Assembly (NCBI GenBank): GCA_040285825.1 | Contig: JAUPSS010000001.1 | Location: 3,782,001-3,846,000 of the forward strand | Length of the DNA stretch: 64,000 nt | Origin: Eukaryota sp. TZLM1-RC | Lineage: Eukaryota; Protista; Metamonada: BaSk clade | Direction: 5' to 3' | Translations under genes and position numbers: made by a program | The notes under the pieces: model-generated | The model's input: the letters and a program-made list of their open reading frames with translations, nothing else | What the model was told of the DNA's origin: nothing | The model's database searches: none | Shown here: one piece after another, positions 23,401 to 36,030 of the stretch | Layout: each line of letters opens with the position of its first letter | Numbering within the stretch: position 1 is the stretch's first letter

Positions 23401-26400
23401 GCGTAAGGATTATAAAAGGGGATTGACATGGGTGGACAATCGATGCCTTCTTTATTGGGCGTTTCGCTGAATACGTCTTTGTATTGAGCTAATATATCAG
23501 ACAAACTCTTATTATACTCACTATCATCTAATTTAATCTCACATCCAGATCTATCTAATTGCTGGGTAAAATCTTCATCACTGCTGGGAATAGATTCTAC
23601 ATGACCGATTTGGTGAGTTTTAATTCTGTTATCAAATTCGGTTTCAGCATTTAGTAAAGTGCGGCGCTCTTCGTCTAGTACAATTACTAAACGGTCAGAT
23701 GTCAATAACCCAAGTTGTTGTAACATGTCTACCCCAATTAAAAATTTGTTTGAACCCTGGATTATGGGGAGAGTATGATTTATTGAAACTTGGTTCGCGA
23801 TGCTACCAACATTGAACGTCAGAATGCCTTGTGCACTTCCAAGCGAATTGGTCGATACGTTACTAGCAGGGATGAATTGTGTGATGTCGTTTTCATTGAT
23901 GGACATTGAACACAGATTTGCTAGGTCTAGGGAAATGACAGAACAATATGCAGCTGTATCTATTGTGCCTTTTATGACTGTACTGTTAATTCTTACCTGA
24001 AGTTCTAAAAACTGAGGCTGCTGGGATCTGTTGTGGTTTATACAAGGAGCAGTGTTACCTGTTCGGTTGCATAAATCTTTTTCTGTATTATTTACTACAT
24101 TAATCTGATTATTTATGGTGCTATTTCCATTGTTCAAGAAAGAGAGTGGATTTAAGAGGGCTGTTTGAGCTGAATTGTCCGATTGAGTAGAAGAACAAAT
24201 CTGATTCAATTCGGGAGCTGTAACATGCGATGATTTGTTTTTGTTATTAAACCTGTTATTAAGGACGTTATATCCACGATATGTATTACCTCTATTACCA
24301 CGGCCACCTCGGCCCCTAGTTCCTCTATACAAATTACCACGGCCTCTACTTCGGCCTCTACAATTGCCTCTACTGCCTCTACTAAAGTTTCCACGGCCTC
24401 TGCCATAGCCGGCGCCTTTGCTTTGATTTATAGGGACCAATGAGCGACTACAGGTTGGGTCCCTACATTCTGTTATAATATGACCTGGGATTTGACAAAA
24501 GGTACAAAATTTCTGTCCCCCTCTGGTGTGTTTACCTTTTTTCAATTGAGGGAATTGTTGGTCTTCAGGGTCGGTTCTCCTATTCCTTTCTGACGAATGA
24601 AATTCTCCTGTTTCTAATTTAGGTTTGTTCGCCTCTTTTCTCAGTAGTTGGATGGTTTCCTTGTTCGGTGCGGCTTGCATCCAAGACAAAAGTTTCTCTC
24701 TGGCCACTTTGGTTAAATCGTTGAACGAGACTAGTTTGTCGTTCTCAATAAATATTCCAGTTTTTAAAAAAAAAGTTTGTCGTTCCAAAAAGATTGTTTA
24801 CCGTAAATCTCGAATAAATTGCTCGTTAATGCCAAGTTGTCCAGACCTGTTAAGAAGGCGTTAGCTACGGTCGACATTGGGAGTGTAAATACCCCTCTTG
24901 AAAATTCGAGTTCTTCAATTCTGGCCGATGGGTCGGATATGTATGTGCACATCCTTAAGATGTCTCCAAAATTTTCCATATAAATCGCGTATTCTCTTTC
25001 TGCGTCGGCGGATGTACTTACCTTTTGCCAGTTGAATTTAGGTTTAAAAAGAGCTAATTTTGCATCATGTAATGATGTGAACTGGCTTCTCTCTGTACTG
25101 AGATCAACTGAGCTATACTGTTTATCATCTTCGTTATTTGTTCTTGTTGTTGAGGGGTGCTGGATTGTGGGATCTGTATTTGATCGACGTTTTGAGCTCC
25201 GTCTCTACCAGTTGTGTCCCAGAGGGCGAATTCCATGAGGAAATGTACTATTTTCATCTGAGTTTCAGGGAATTCGAGTCTAGGGGGCTCGTGTATGGTT
25301 GCATGTTCTATGGTCTTAGTTCTGTAATGATAACCAACATGGGACTGTAAGTTTTGATTTAATATGAGGCGTGGATCGAGTGGGTTTTGACTGTGTTGTT
25401 GTTGAGATCCAGTTGCCTGTAGATCTTGTAAACTAAGACCTTGTCCCGTTGTGTGTGTGGTGTCAACCGAGGATTGTGGAACTCCTTCCATCGGTTGTGA
25501 TGAATCACCAGGTTGGATTGTGAGGACGTCTAACCCTATTGGTCTTGTGTTTGGTTAGGGTAAGGTGTCTACATGCAGCTCCTGAACTGATTTCGATTCA
25601 TCTTGGAAATTTAGTTGAATTGAGGGCCGGAAAGGCCTGATGCTCTTGAAGGGTGTATTCTCTAAACCAATGATGGGGGTGAAGGTGAAAACCTTGTTCT
25701 GTACCCATGAATCGCCTGTTTGGAGGTTTCTGTTATTAGGAGGAGCCCTGTATGTGGAGATGACTGCTGTCGTCATGTTTATATCATCTCGTCTATAAGT
25801 GACCCCTAATTCTTCATATATGAGCCTGAAAGGTTGTGAGGCTGGTCTCATTTCAACGTAATTTGGTCTATGTGAGACTGGGTAGTATTCATGAACCTCT
25901 CTAACTACCGTATAGTCCTCTCCGGGGGCGCTAAGCTCTTCGTAAATTTTGTCTATACCAATTTTGAACCAGTCAGGTAGGAGGCGGACGTTCTCGGGAC
26001 TATCTAGTTTCCCAGAGAAGTCGGTACCAACTTCCATTACCTCTAACCACCGAATTCTGAATCCTTTGTTATCGAGGGTGGCGTTATTCCCCAAAAAATC
26101 GTCACGTTCTGTGCGAGGTTTTGCCATTATATTTTTGTATTCTATGTCGAGAGGCGAGAGTCTCATTCTTCGCTCTGCGGGCCGTGTGCTCAACTCATGG
26201 CTTTCTTTGTCTAAAAGCTCAATTGCCTCTTTCAACACTGAGGGTTGTATGGGGATTTCCTGAGCTCCCGAAGTCGTCTCATTGAGAGTTTGTACGACGA
26301 CAGTGTTTTCACGTTGCGGGCACATTGATTCGTCCAGGGACTCTATGAAGTCCGTTGGTTCCTTCTTTTCCATTTCTTCCTTACTCATAGTGAGTGCCAA

Positions 26401-26876
26401 GAGTAACTCTTGTATCTCTTGGGAGGGAGCTGGAGGTAGGTCGAAATTGACCTTTGGTGTCGTCGCGAGGGCGGTATTCGCCGACGAGTGGACATATTGG
26501 GCGCCTTGCGCCGTAATTTTACCTCGCTGATTTAATTGGACGTTTTGCGCCGAAATTTGATTCTTGGTGGGGCTTAAACCCGAACCTGAAGCAGTGGAGG
26601 TGTCTAGCCTCGAATCTATTTGTTGGGGGGAGTGGGGTCGATTACACCCGTACCCGTAACCTGAGGAGGAGTGAGGCCTTTTTCGCCCGAACTCGAATCC
26701 TTTTCTGGAGTTGCCATTGAACTCGAAGAAGATGAGTTGTTGAGAGGAGGGTTAGAAGGGTCTCCTCTGACAGATGTCTGACATACCCCAGACATCTTTT
26801 GGGTGTCTACAGCGCTGTTGCTGTTTGCTGTTAATGGTGCCTGATACGCACAATAATTATTGTTGCCGTTGGGCAT
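20439..26876 (-). pseudogene. gag-pol polyprotein, broken by stops and frameshifts
   Basis: ORF pieces 26616-26876, 25555-26400, 25054-25491, 24764-24979, 23079-24788, 20969-23161 and 20439-20876 are collinear; the 25555 stop is in frame with the next piece. Confidence 0.85.
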
Positions 26877-26889
26877 TATGCTAGCTGGA

Positions 26890-26966
26890 TGTAAAGAGAG
26901 TTAAGACAAAGTTCATTTTATTAAATGTCATTCTATATAAAGGTACTCACTAGTGAGATACCTACA
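26890..26966 (-). repeat. 5' LTR (77 bp)
   Basis: TGTA...TACA termini, internal TTTATATAGAA TATA-like box and AATAAA. Confidence 0.7.
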
Positions 26967-27550
26967 AAATGGACTTATTACTTCCCGTCAAAAGTTTCGT
27001 CCTTTAATAAACATTTTTTTACCAGCAGAGTTGAAAAATTTTTGCTAAATAATAATAAAACGTGTTTTTACTGATTCCCTCATTTCATAAGAGGGTTCAA
27101 ACCCGTCTCTCAAAGTCAGTCAGCTTTGCGCAGTACTTCGTTACACTTCTAGGAAAGTGGCTGTTTAAGTAGTGCTGAATGATGGTAAATGTTGGTAAAG
27201 TTCGTCCAACATTAGAATAAGTCAATTATCGTTAAACAATACTATAAAAATTACTTTCAATAGCTATCCATAGGATGTGATTTTATTGTTTCTTGGACTG
27301 ACTATAAGGAAATTCTATAGGAGTTTGCAGTACAAGAGCTGGTTTTAAATTTCAGTCACATCAATTATAAAAACAAAAATTTGAATAAATAAATAAACTG
27401 AATGAATAAATAAATTTTCACTCTTCTGTCTTCACATCATTTGCTGGTTTCAGTACATTTACATGGATGATGAACTATGTGGTGTGTTTCCAAAGATTAT
27501 AAACAATTTGGTGAAACCAATAGATCTTCACCACAGAAAATGTACAAATT

Positions 27551-27570
27551 TAACCCTAACCCTAACCCTA
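27551..27570 (+). repeat. interstitial telomere-like repeat (TAACCC)3
   Basis: taaccctaaccctaacccta followed by degenerate acctagcctaacctgacc. Confidence 0.5.
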
Positions 27571-27883
27571 TAGGGAACCAACCTAGCCTAACCTGACCAG
27601 ACTAAGTGATGACGTGGCAGTGTAATGATGACCCAAATTTATATACATATTATTTTAGAAATATCTTTATTCGTAATTTGATAAAGGATATTATAATTCA
27701 ATGTTGTTTAAAAAGAAATTAAATAAAAAAAGTTGAAAGACTATAGGAATATTTCCTTTTTGTTCCATGGTTTTTAAAATAACGCTGTTTATGCTCGTCA
27801 ATTATTGGAAGTAATTGCAGATATAAGAGTATTGTAAGTCACTTGTACTTATTAAAGATAAGATTGGGCAAAAAGGTTATGAA

Positions 27884-30079
27884 ACTGGTAAAGGTGACAA
27901 ACCTGATGGAGTTAGACCAATTGCTATTGGAGAGTCATTAACCAGATTGCTTTCTTCGCTTATTTTTAACAGAATTTCTACTAAAGCAAGGGACTATTTG
28001 AAGCCTTTCCAATTTGGTATAAAAACTGTTGAAGGTGCTTCTGTTGCTTCAATGACTTCATAAGTTTTTTTCAATAGTCAACAACATCAATATATTTTCA
28101 ATTTGGATTTCAAAAATGCTTTCAATTCTGTGAAACGTAATTGTATTTTTGATGTGCTTCTTCATGATTTTCCTGAACTTTCTGCATATTTTTATTTATT
28201 TTATGGAAAAAAATCTGACTTAATTTTTGACTCCTTTACCCTTGAATCTTCTTCTGGTGTGAAACAAGTTGATCCTCTTGGCCCTTTGCTGTTTTGTTTG
28301 GCTATTCATAATATTATTAAAATGACACAACAAGATTTCCCTGATTTGCGTATTGTTGCCTATATGGATGACAATTCTATTATTGGTTCTTTTGAAAGCA
28401 TTTCTAGGGTCTCTGAAAACATTGCGGCGAAATACAAAGAAATTGGATTAGCTTTGAACCCATCTAAATGTCTCTTGATTGGTAGAGAAAAACAATCTTT
28501 GATGATTGGTGGAGCTCAGATTCCTTCTATCAATTATGACCAACAAGCTTTTAAGTTTCTTGGATGTTGGCTTGGCAATTTGGATGAAATTTATTCCCGG
28601 TTAAACAATTTATTGGAGAAGTTTGACAAGGATCTTAGTTTTATTGCTGAATGTGACATTGAGAAACACATCAAATTTTTGATTTTAAAAATTTGTTATT
28701 CTGGAAAATTCACTCATATTTTAAGGTCAACTCCCCCTTCGGTATCTCTCAATTTTTGCAGATCTTTTAACAAACTTCGAGTCAAATTTTTTTCTTTTTT
28801 ATTAGAAGTAAATGAATCCTTAATTCGAAGTCATGTATTTTGTTCAGCAGATTTGGGTGGAATTGGATTCACCAAATCTTCTATTCTGTGTAAAGCAGCA
28901 TTTTTGGGAGGTGGTAAAAATTTTGTTTTTGAATTTTTCCAAAGGTTCCCTTTTGATGTTCATCTGATCAATGGTGAATCAAATTTTTACTTGAATCAAC
29001 TGCAATTTGAATTAGAAAATTTGCCTAGTGATATCTGGATTCAGTGTTTTCCTCAAAATGTTCAAGAAATTCCCACCCCATCACTTCCAAATTTACGTTT
29101 TTGCTTGAATAAGCTTCAGCACCATCTGGTTAAATTATATGAAGGCTTGGATTATGAAGTAAGACTTGGCTTGGCCAAAACTAAAAATCCCGCTTTCGGT
29201 AATTTTTTAAAGGATATTCGTGATAGTTCAGCTGCTGCTTTAGTAACTCAAGTTCCCTCTGTTTATGGACTTTTGTTAAAAGACAATGAATGGCTTCTAA
29301 ACATGCGTTTTCGTTGTTTTCTGTGGCCAAACAATTTGCCCAATCATTTAACTTGTAAATGTGGTAAACCTCTTTTGTTTACTCATCTTTTGAACTGTAA
29401 ACATTTCATTACGTTTAGAAGCAAAGTGCGTAATAACGTCAGGGACCAAATTTATGTAATGTGCAAATCATATCGAGTAGATTCCTTTTTAGAACCGCTG
29501 TTATCAAAATTAATTCTTGATGATCCCAATATTGATAGTACCCGTCACAACAGAGCTTCTATGGGTCTGACTAGAGGTGATCTAGTTGTTCCTGGTTTAA
29601 ATGGTAGTTTTACTATTTTGGACGCCATGTCTATTGACCCTTGTAATTCCTCTAACGAACATTTCATTAACTCGGATGTAAATAATCCTCTTCTTGCAGG
29701 CGAAAAATATAAAATTGCTAAATATGCGAAACCCATTTCCTCGGTTAATGAAAATTCTCATGCCCAATATAATTTATGTCCATTTGTTTTTTCTTTGCTT
29801 GGATCTCTAGGTAAGGCTGCTATGGCTTTCCTTGAGGATTTTGTTGTAGTTGTAAAGGAAAGAACTGGAAGAATTTTCAATCGTGTTTACTGGCAAAACA
29901 GGATTGTATTTTCTATTTTTAAGGGAATGGTAACACTAATTTCTGATTCACTATCTTCTTTTTGGAAATTTTCTGAATCTTTAGCGATTAATTGTTTTGA
30001 TGTAGGGGAGGCAGGTTTTGAGGATGTGGAGTTTTAATTGTGTATTTCATATTTGTTGTTGAATAAAAATAAATAAGGA
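27884..30079 (+). mobile_element. 5'-truncated CRE-like non-LTR retrotransposon (RT plus CCHC zinc finger plus RLE), subfamily A, 14-bp TSD
   Basis: RPIAIGESL, QFG, DFKNAFNSVKR, GVKQVDPLGPLLF, AYMDD, CKC..HLLNC, RGD..D..K..KY, PFVFS..G; TSD AAAAAGGTTATGAA at 27870-27883 and 30080-30093. Confidence 0.92.
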
Positions 30080-30965
30080 AAAAAGGTTATGAATGTCCAA
30101 CAATGAAACTTATTACCAAACTTGTCCATTTTATAAGTTGGATGGACAATATTTTTCAATGGAAAAATACATGATGTACTATGTGAGAGACAGCAATGCG
30201 TAAAAAACGTTCTTCAACATCCCTTTAAAAACAATTCTGTTCTGCCAAGGTAACCTGTTGACATTTTTATTGATCTTTCTTAACTGATGGTTCAACATTT
30301 TGTCAGAAATCGTAAGGGAGTTGGAGCGGGTGAACCAAACAAAGAAAATTCAAATGGATACAAACTGTATTTTGCTTCTTGGATGCACAATTTGCATAAA
30401 GGTCTATTGTAACTTTGTACATGAAATATGTCGATTTTTCCTAAAATGGGTCAGTCTAAACATTATAATAAAAAATCGCTTAATGTACACAAGTTGCTCG
30501 TGATGAAACAACCAAGCTGTCTGCTCAGGTTGAAACACTGGACGTTCTCGAAACTCTGAAGTCTGCACTACGTGACCATCATCGCCAATGGAATTTTGAG
30601 TGGTGTCCTCGTTTCGACCGTGAAACGACAAGCCGACTTCTGTTACACTCTCACCAACTTTCAATGTGCAGTTTGAACCTGATAATGGACTGCTCAGCGC
30701 GATTGACAGAAAGAAATTGTCCAAAAGAGCTCATGTCAAACCGTTATTACATCTTGATTACGGTTTGAAAGCATTCAGAGTACATAATGGTCTAATTGCT
30801 TTATTTGAGGACACATTGGGGGTGTGGAAAAAAATCTAAACAAACAAACTAATAAAATTGAAAAAACAGTATATATCGATAAACAACTTTCATCACCAAA
30901 AACACTTACATTGTAAATAGACACCGAGACCTGAACATAATGCGAGAGTTAAAGTAGGTTGGAGG

Positions 30966-31349
30966 TTAGGTGGCATTGATAGGAAGAACAGTGTCATCAG
31001 CCATGGACTCCGTGGTAACAGTGGGAAATTCGATATTCATAAAAACAACACCCACGACAATGAAGACTAGACCAATTAGTTTGGTGTATCCAAACTGTTC
31101 TGCAAAGACTAATCTACCAACAACAGCAGTGAGAACAGTTCCTAGGGATGACCAGATTGCATAAACAACAGTGACGGACAGAACGACCAAAGCTCTCGCA
31201 GAACCACCCAAGGAAAGAACAAAGCAAAGAATCGAGAGAATGCTGTACAGCGGTTTGGTGAAGCCATCCGACAGCCTCAAGAAGAATGTTGCACCCACCT
31301 CCAGAACGATAGCCAATGTGAGATAAATGTAGGCTACTATGAGATTCAT
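30966..31349 (-). CDS. small multidrug resistance (SMR/DMT) transporter, EmrE/Qac-like
   Basis: YLTLAIVLEVGAT (membrane Glu), LSDGFTK, YAIWSSLG, KLIGLVFIVVGVVFMN; four TM helices. Confidence 0.9.
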   Translation of the reverse strand: MNLIVAYIYLTLAIVLEVGATFFLRLSDGFTKPLYSILSILCFVLSLGGSARALVVLSVTVVYAIWSSLGTVLTAVVGRLVFAEQFGYTKLIGLVFIVVGVVFMNIEFPTVTTESMADDTVLPINAT

Positions 31350-31879
31350 CTATGACAGGAGAGATTACGATGAGAACGATGTATGTTGACTGATTGTTGG
31401 ATATAATTAATCAAATTGGGAAAGTCAATTCCATTCAATTCTTTTTGGTTGAATTTGGGTATGAAGATTGAGAATTTTAAGCTTGTTGTTTAGTTTTTAG
31501 TTGGAGTAAATGAAGTATTTTATTAAGCTTGCACACTTAACATAATAAACTCATAACTAATGGGACGAAAATCATCGAACCAAGATTTCCTCTACAAAAT
31601 CTTGATCTGCTTGCTGTCTAGCTAAAGCTTCTCTAATTCGATTGAAAAACAGGGGCAACCTTTTAATATGGAATCTATTAGTTGGAGTCAATTAAATAGT
31701 TAAAAAATTGGGAAAGTTAAAATTTTTGTCAATAAAAGTCTAGAAAAAGTAGCAAATATAATTCCATGTTTATAAATTTGAGTTCAAAGCAATTACACTA
31801 AAACTGAATCATAAACTAAGACCAATGCCAATACCTCTAAAATGAAATTTTGATATAGATCTGCTTTTCTCGAAGGCCA

Positions 31880-32510
31880 GAATTATATTTATTGAATTTG
31901 CACACTTGATTAAATTAAATCATAACTAATGGGACGACTATCATTAAACCAAGATTTCCTCTACAAAATCTTGATTTGCTTGCTGTCTAGCTAAAGCTTC
32001 TCTAATTCGATTGAAAAACCGCGGTAATTTATTAATAATGGCAAATTGAATCCGTGAACGCCATAAAAAAATTTCAAATCTTTTCATTGTTTTTTCTTTC
32101 ACCATTTTTTGGAAGTCATCCAAAAAAGTTTCTGCTTCAACTGATAATCTTCCATTTATCGAAAATGGGAAAGCAATAAAAACCAGCTGTGTATTTCTAT
32201 CGACATTTGCATCTTCAATTTCTTTATCATATTTTCTATGTTTTTCTTTTGCTTTAAAATCCAGAGCAGCCACAGGATTAAGTTTTCTTCTGTGAACCAA
32301 AGTATCGTTTGCAACATTACATGAGACAAAGTCAACAATAGCTTCAGAATTATCAATCCAATCACAGTATACATCACCTCTATCATCAGAACCAAAATTA
32401 TTCAGAGAAAGCGTTTCCTTCAGCAGGGGCTCTTTGATACACGATATCCTTGCAGTTTGTGCCATATTGAAAACAGTGTCTCTAACAGCATCATGTAATG
32501 AAGAACGAAG
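31880..32510 (-). mobile_element. RLE non-LTR 3' fragment (subfamily B); a second short 3' end at 31520-31665
   Basis: RSSLHDAVRD, RGDVYC, KEKHRKY, FIAFPFSING; shared 3' UTR. Confidence 0.88.
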
Positions 32511-32569
32511 AAGGCCAGAATTTAATTTCAACTTTGATAATGTTTCCCTGCATCCTTTTTTTCGATACA

Positions 32570-35300
32570 TATTTTATTCAAACAAAGTTATAAAAAACTA
32601 AAAATCAATCTCCTCAAACTCCACATCTACTATAGAACACTTGCCTACAGCTATTTCTTCATAAAATTTTGCTAGTGATAACAACGAGCTAGAATCAAGA
32701 CTATACATTCCCTTAAAAATAGAAAATACAATTCTGTTTTGCCAAAAGGTTCGGTCAAATATTCTTCCACTTCTATTTTTGACAACAGATGAGCAATCGT
32801 CCAAGAAAGATAGCGCAGTTTAACCCAAGCTTCCAAATAAAGAAAAAGCAAAACGACAAAGAAGGTATTGAGTATGTGAGTTGGAATTCAGATTATTGAT
32901 TTTTTCTGTATACTTGATAATTTTCGCTTCTTCGGCTCTTCTGAAAGGTGAGTTATAAGATTGTGCCAGTTTTTCATTTGAACTGTTTGATACATCAGTA
33001 GATCTGACATCAATAATGATCATTGATCCATCAAGTCCGGGAACTAGTACATCACCACGGCTGTCACCAAAAGAATTTCTGTCAGATTCATCAGCCAAAT
33101 TTAAAAGCAAAGGTTCTAAAAAAGATTCAATCTTGTAGGATTTAAACATGCAATAAAGCTGATCACGAACTGCATCATGACCTTTTGACCTAAAAGTAAT
33201 AAATCGATTACAATTTAATGAATGGGTTGGAGTGACAGACTTTCCACATTTACAAATTAATCCATGAGGAAGTTTATCAGGCCAAATAAAAGATCGAAGA
33301 CGCATAGATAATAAACAGCAATGGTCATTGAGAAACAAACCATAAATTCTTGGTACTTGATTAATTAAACAATGGGCAGAACTATCGCAAACATCCAGTA
33401 AAAAATTTGCAAAAACGGGATTTTTTGCTTGGCCATGCCAAGACGTACTTCATAAACCAAGCCTTCAAATATTACTGTCAGTTTTTGTTGAAGCTTCTTC
33501 ACACAATACCTTAAATTAACTAAATTTCGTGGAGGAATCTCTTGAACTGAGTCGGGAAAACATTGAAACCAAATTTTTGGTGCAATTTTATTAATGGCAA
33601 CATCAAGATCATACAAATATTTTGAAAATGATGGACTAAGCAAATGAATATCTTCAGGGAAACGACTAAAAAATTCAAAAGTAAAATTTTTGCCACCACC
33701 AACAAAAGCTGCTTGACAAAGAATCGAGGATTTGGTAAAGCCAACACCACCGAATTGTGAAGAAGAGAACAAGTGAGCTCGAATTAGCTCAGGATTCACT
33801 TCTAAAAGGGAAGCGAAGAAAGTTGCACGAAGTTGATTAAATGATCGGCAAAAATCGATAGATAATGAAGGTGCTGTCGACCTCAATAAGTGAGTAATTT
33901 TTCCGGAGTAACAAATTTTTAAGATAAAAAATTCTAATATGTTGTTCAATTTCTAATTCAGAAATTAATTGAAGCTCATTACCAAGTTTTGCAACTATTT
34001 CGCTGAGATTTTCAGTAGTTTTGTCAACAGTTCCTAACCAACATCTTGGAAAACGAAAAGCTTCTTGTGAATAATTTCTAAAAGGAATTTTACAATTATT
34101 AATTTTAAACTCTTTTAAATCATTATTAATTAATAAACATTTTTTAGGATTCAAATGAAGACCAATGACTTCATATTATTCAGCGATTTTATGTGAAGCT
34201 TTTTGGGCAACACTAAAAGGACCGATATGGGAGAGGTCATCCATGTAACCTACAATTTTTAGAGAAGGGTATTTTTCATTAATAACAATCAATGATTATT
34301 GGATTGCTATGCAAAACAATAAGGGGTGCAAAGGATCAACTTGTTTCACTCCTGATGAAGACATGAGAGAAAAAACATCATATACTAATTCACTGGATTT
34401 ACTGTAAAACAAATAGAAATAACTTGATAGTTCAGGAAAATGTTTTTGAATTACTTCATAAATTGCTTATCTTCTTACACTATTAAAAGCGTTGCTAAAA
34501 ACTAAATTGAAAATAAAATTGTTTTCTTTGGAGTTAAAAAACAAGTCTGATGTCAGAGCAGCGACTGACGCTCCATCAATCGCTTGAATACCAAATTGCA
34601 TTGGTGACAAAAATTTACCAGCCTTTTTAACAATTCTGTTGAAAATATTTGAGGCAAACAAACGAGATAGAGATTCACCTACTGCAATTGGACGAATTCC
34701 TGAAGGCTTAGTATCATTACCAGGTTTTACTAAAGCAATAAGACGTGCAGCAGTAAGCGCAGGAGGAGGAACAACTTTCAATGAAACCAATTGTTGAAAA
34801 TAAAAAGCTAAATCATCTTCAATTTCAGGTGTCTTATTTTTTCTGTGTCTTATTGCAGGCGGTTTTTAAAATATTAAACGAAATTCCTGATGGTTCCAGC
34901 AGCTTTACCATTTGGTAACTTTTTATTTAAAGCAAAATCCTCAGAAGAATTAATTGGATTATTAGTCCAAAACTCACAAATATTGGGTTTTGGACAAACA
35001 AAATTTTCTTCAGGACGGAGCTTCTTTAATTTATCAATTGTTTCAAGAGTTGTTTCATCAATATCATACCTGCATCCCCATTCCACCTTTTTTTCACTCT
35101 TTACAGTGGTCATTTACCCTAATAGTGTTTCGAGAGCGGTGTCACGTTGGTGTACTAAGTTTTTGCATTCATTTGATGTTGAATCTTGTAGAAAAATCTG
35201 TACTGTTTGGATTCTGGCTGGAAAACATGGAAATAAAAGTATGAACTCAAAGTCAGCAAATTGTTCCATTAATTTATTTAATCTTTCATTTTAACAAATT
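32570..35300 (-). mobile_element. decayed CRE-like non-LTR retrotransposon (subfamily C)
   Basis: GKAAG, ARLIALVKP..GIRPIAVGESL, QFG, NAFNSVRR, GYMDD, CKC..H..NC, HDAVRD, RGD, WQNRIVF across fragmented ORFs. Confidence 0.88.
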
Positions 35301-35879
35301 TAAAGGTCTCCGGTTTAACTTCAAATAACGACACACAATGATTGTTCTGTTATACACAAAAGCTGTTTGAATAATACCTACAACAAATGAAAAGTAAGAA
35401 AAGTTATTACAACATTCACTGATGAACAATAGAAGGAAATATCATTAACGGTAAATCAAGAATCCGACCTTACCTCCAAATAAACAAATCTATGTTAATT
35501 CAACTATGATTCAAAACTATAATTCAACAAAAAATTTAAAAATAGTTTCAGAAAGGATGAATAAATCTGAGACTTGGTTCCAATGCATGATTTCTTAAAA
35601 CAAAGGTCGATTCATTTCAACAATAAAACTTAATAATCAGCGTGGCTTCCATAATCAGCCATGAGTTTATAATGAATCAACACAATTTTCGTTTAAAATA
35701 CATTCAAATTAAAATATTCCCGGTCAAATTGTGCAGTTTGATAGAACTTCAAACACTTTACATTTGCTCTCTGTCCATCAGTGAAGGATGCGGTAACCAA
35801 TATTAAGTTAATTAATTATTATGTGTGATAAACTCAGTGTTTACATGATCTATATTTATTTGAAACTAACTTCAAAATA

Positions 35880-36030
35880 GTATCTACGCCGCAAATATTG
35901 GGCCCTTTCACTACCACTCATTCTGGCTTCCGTAATTGCTAACATATTCCGGTTTACCATTTTTTTTATTGAAAAGAATTTCCCGAGCCTTTACAGCCCG
36001 CACTATTGCCAGCTAATAATTCATCGATAT
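35880..36030 (-). pseudogene. C-terminal remnant of a Fanzor related to 9903-10060
   Basis: reverse strand NMLAITEARMSGSERAQYLRRR versus NMFAIAEARMSGNERPQDLRSR; clear nucleotide similarity. Confidence 0.75.

Larger units (their letters stand above)
19549..26966 (-). mobile_element. Gypsy/Ty3 chromodomain LTR retrotransposon plus a truncated tandem second unit
   Basis: gag CCHC, protease IDTAA, RT YIDD, RNase H (TDAS, FTDH), integrase (GHP..C..C, D,D35E, SNGLVER), chromodomain-like C-terminus; LTRs 26890-26966 and 20334-20410; 19549-20333 repeats 26106-26889. Confidence 0.93.
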
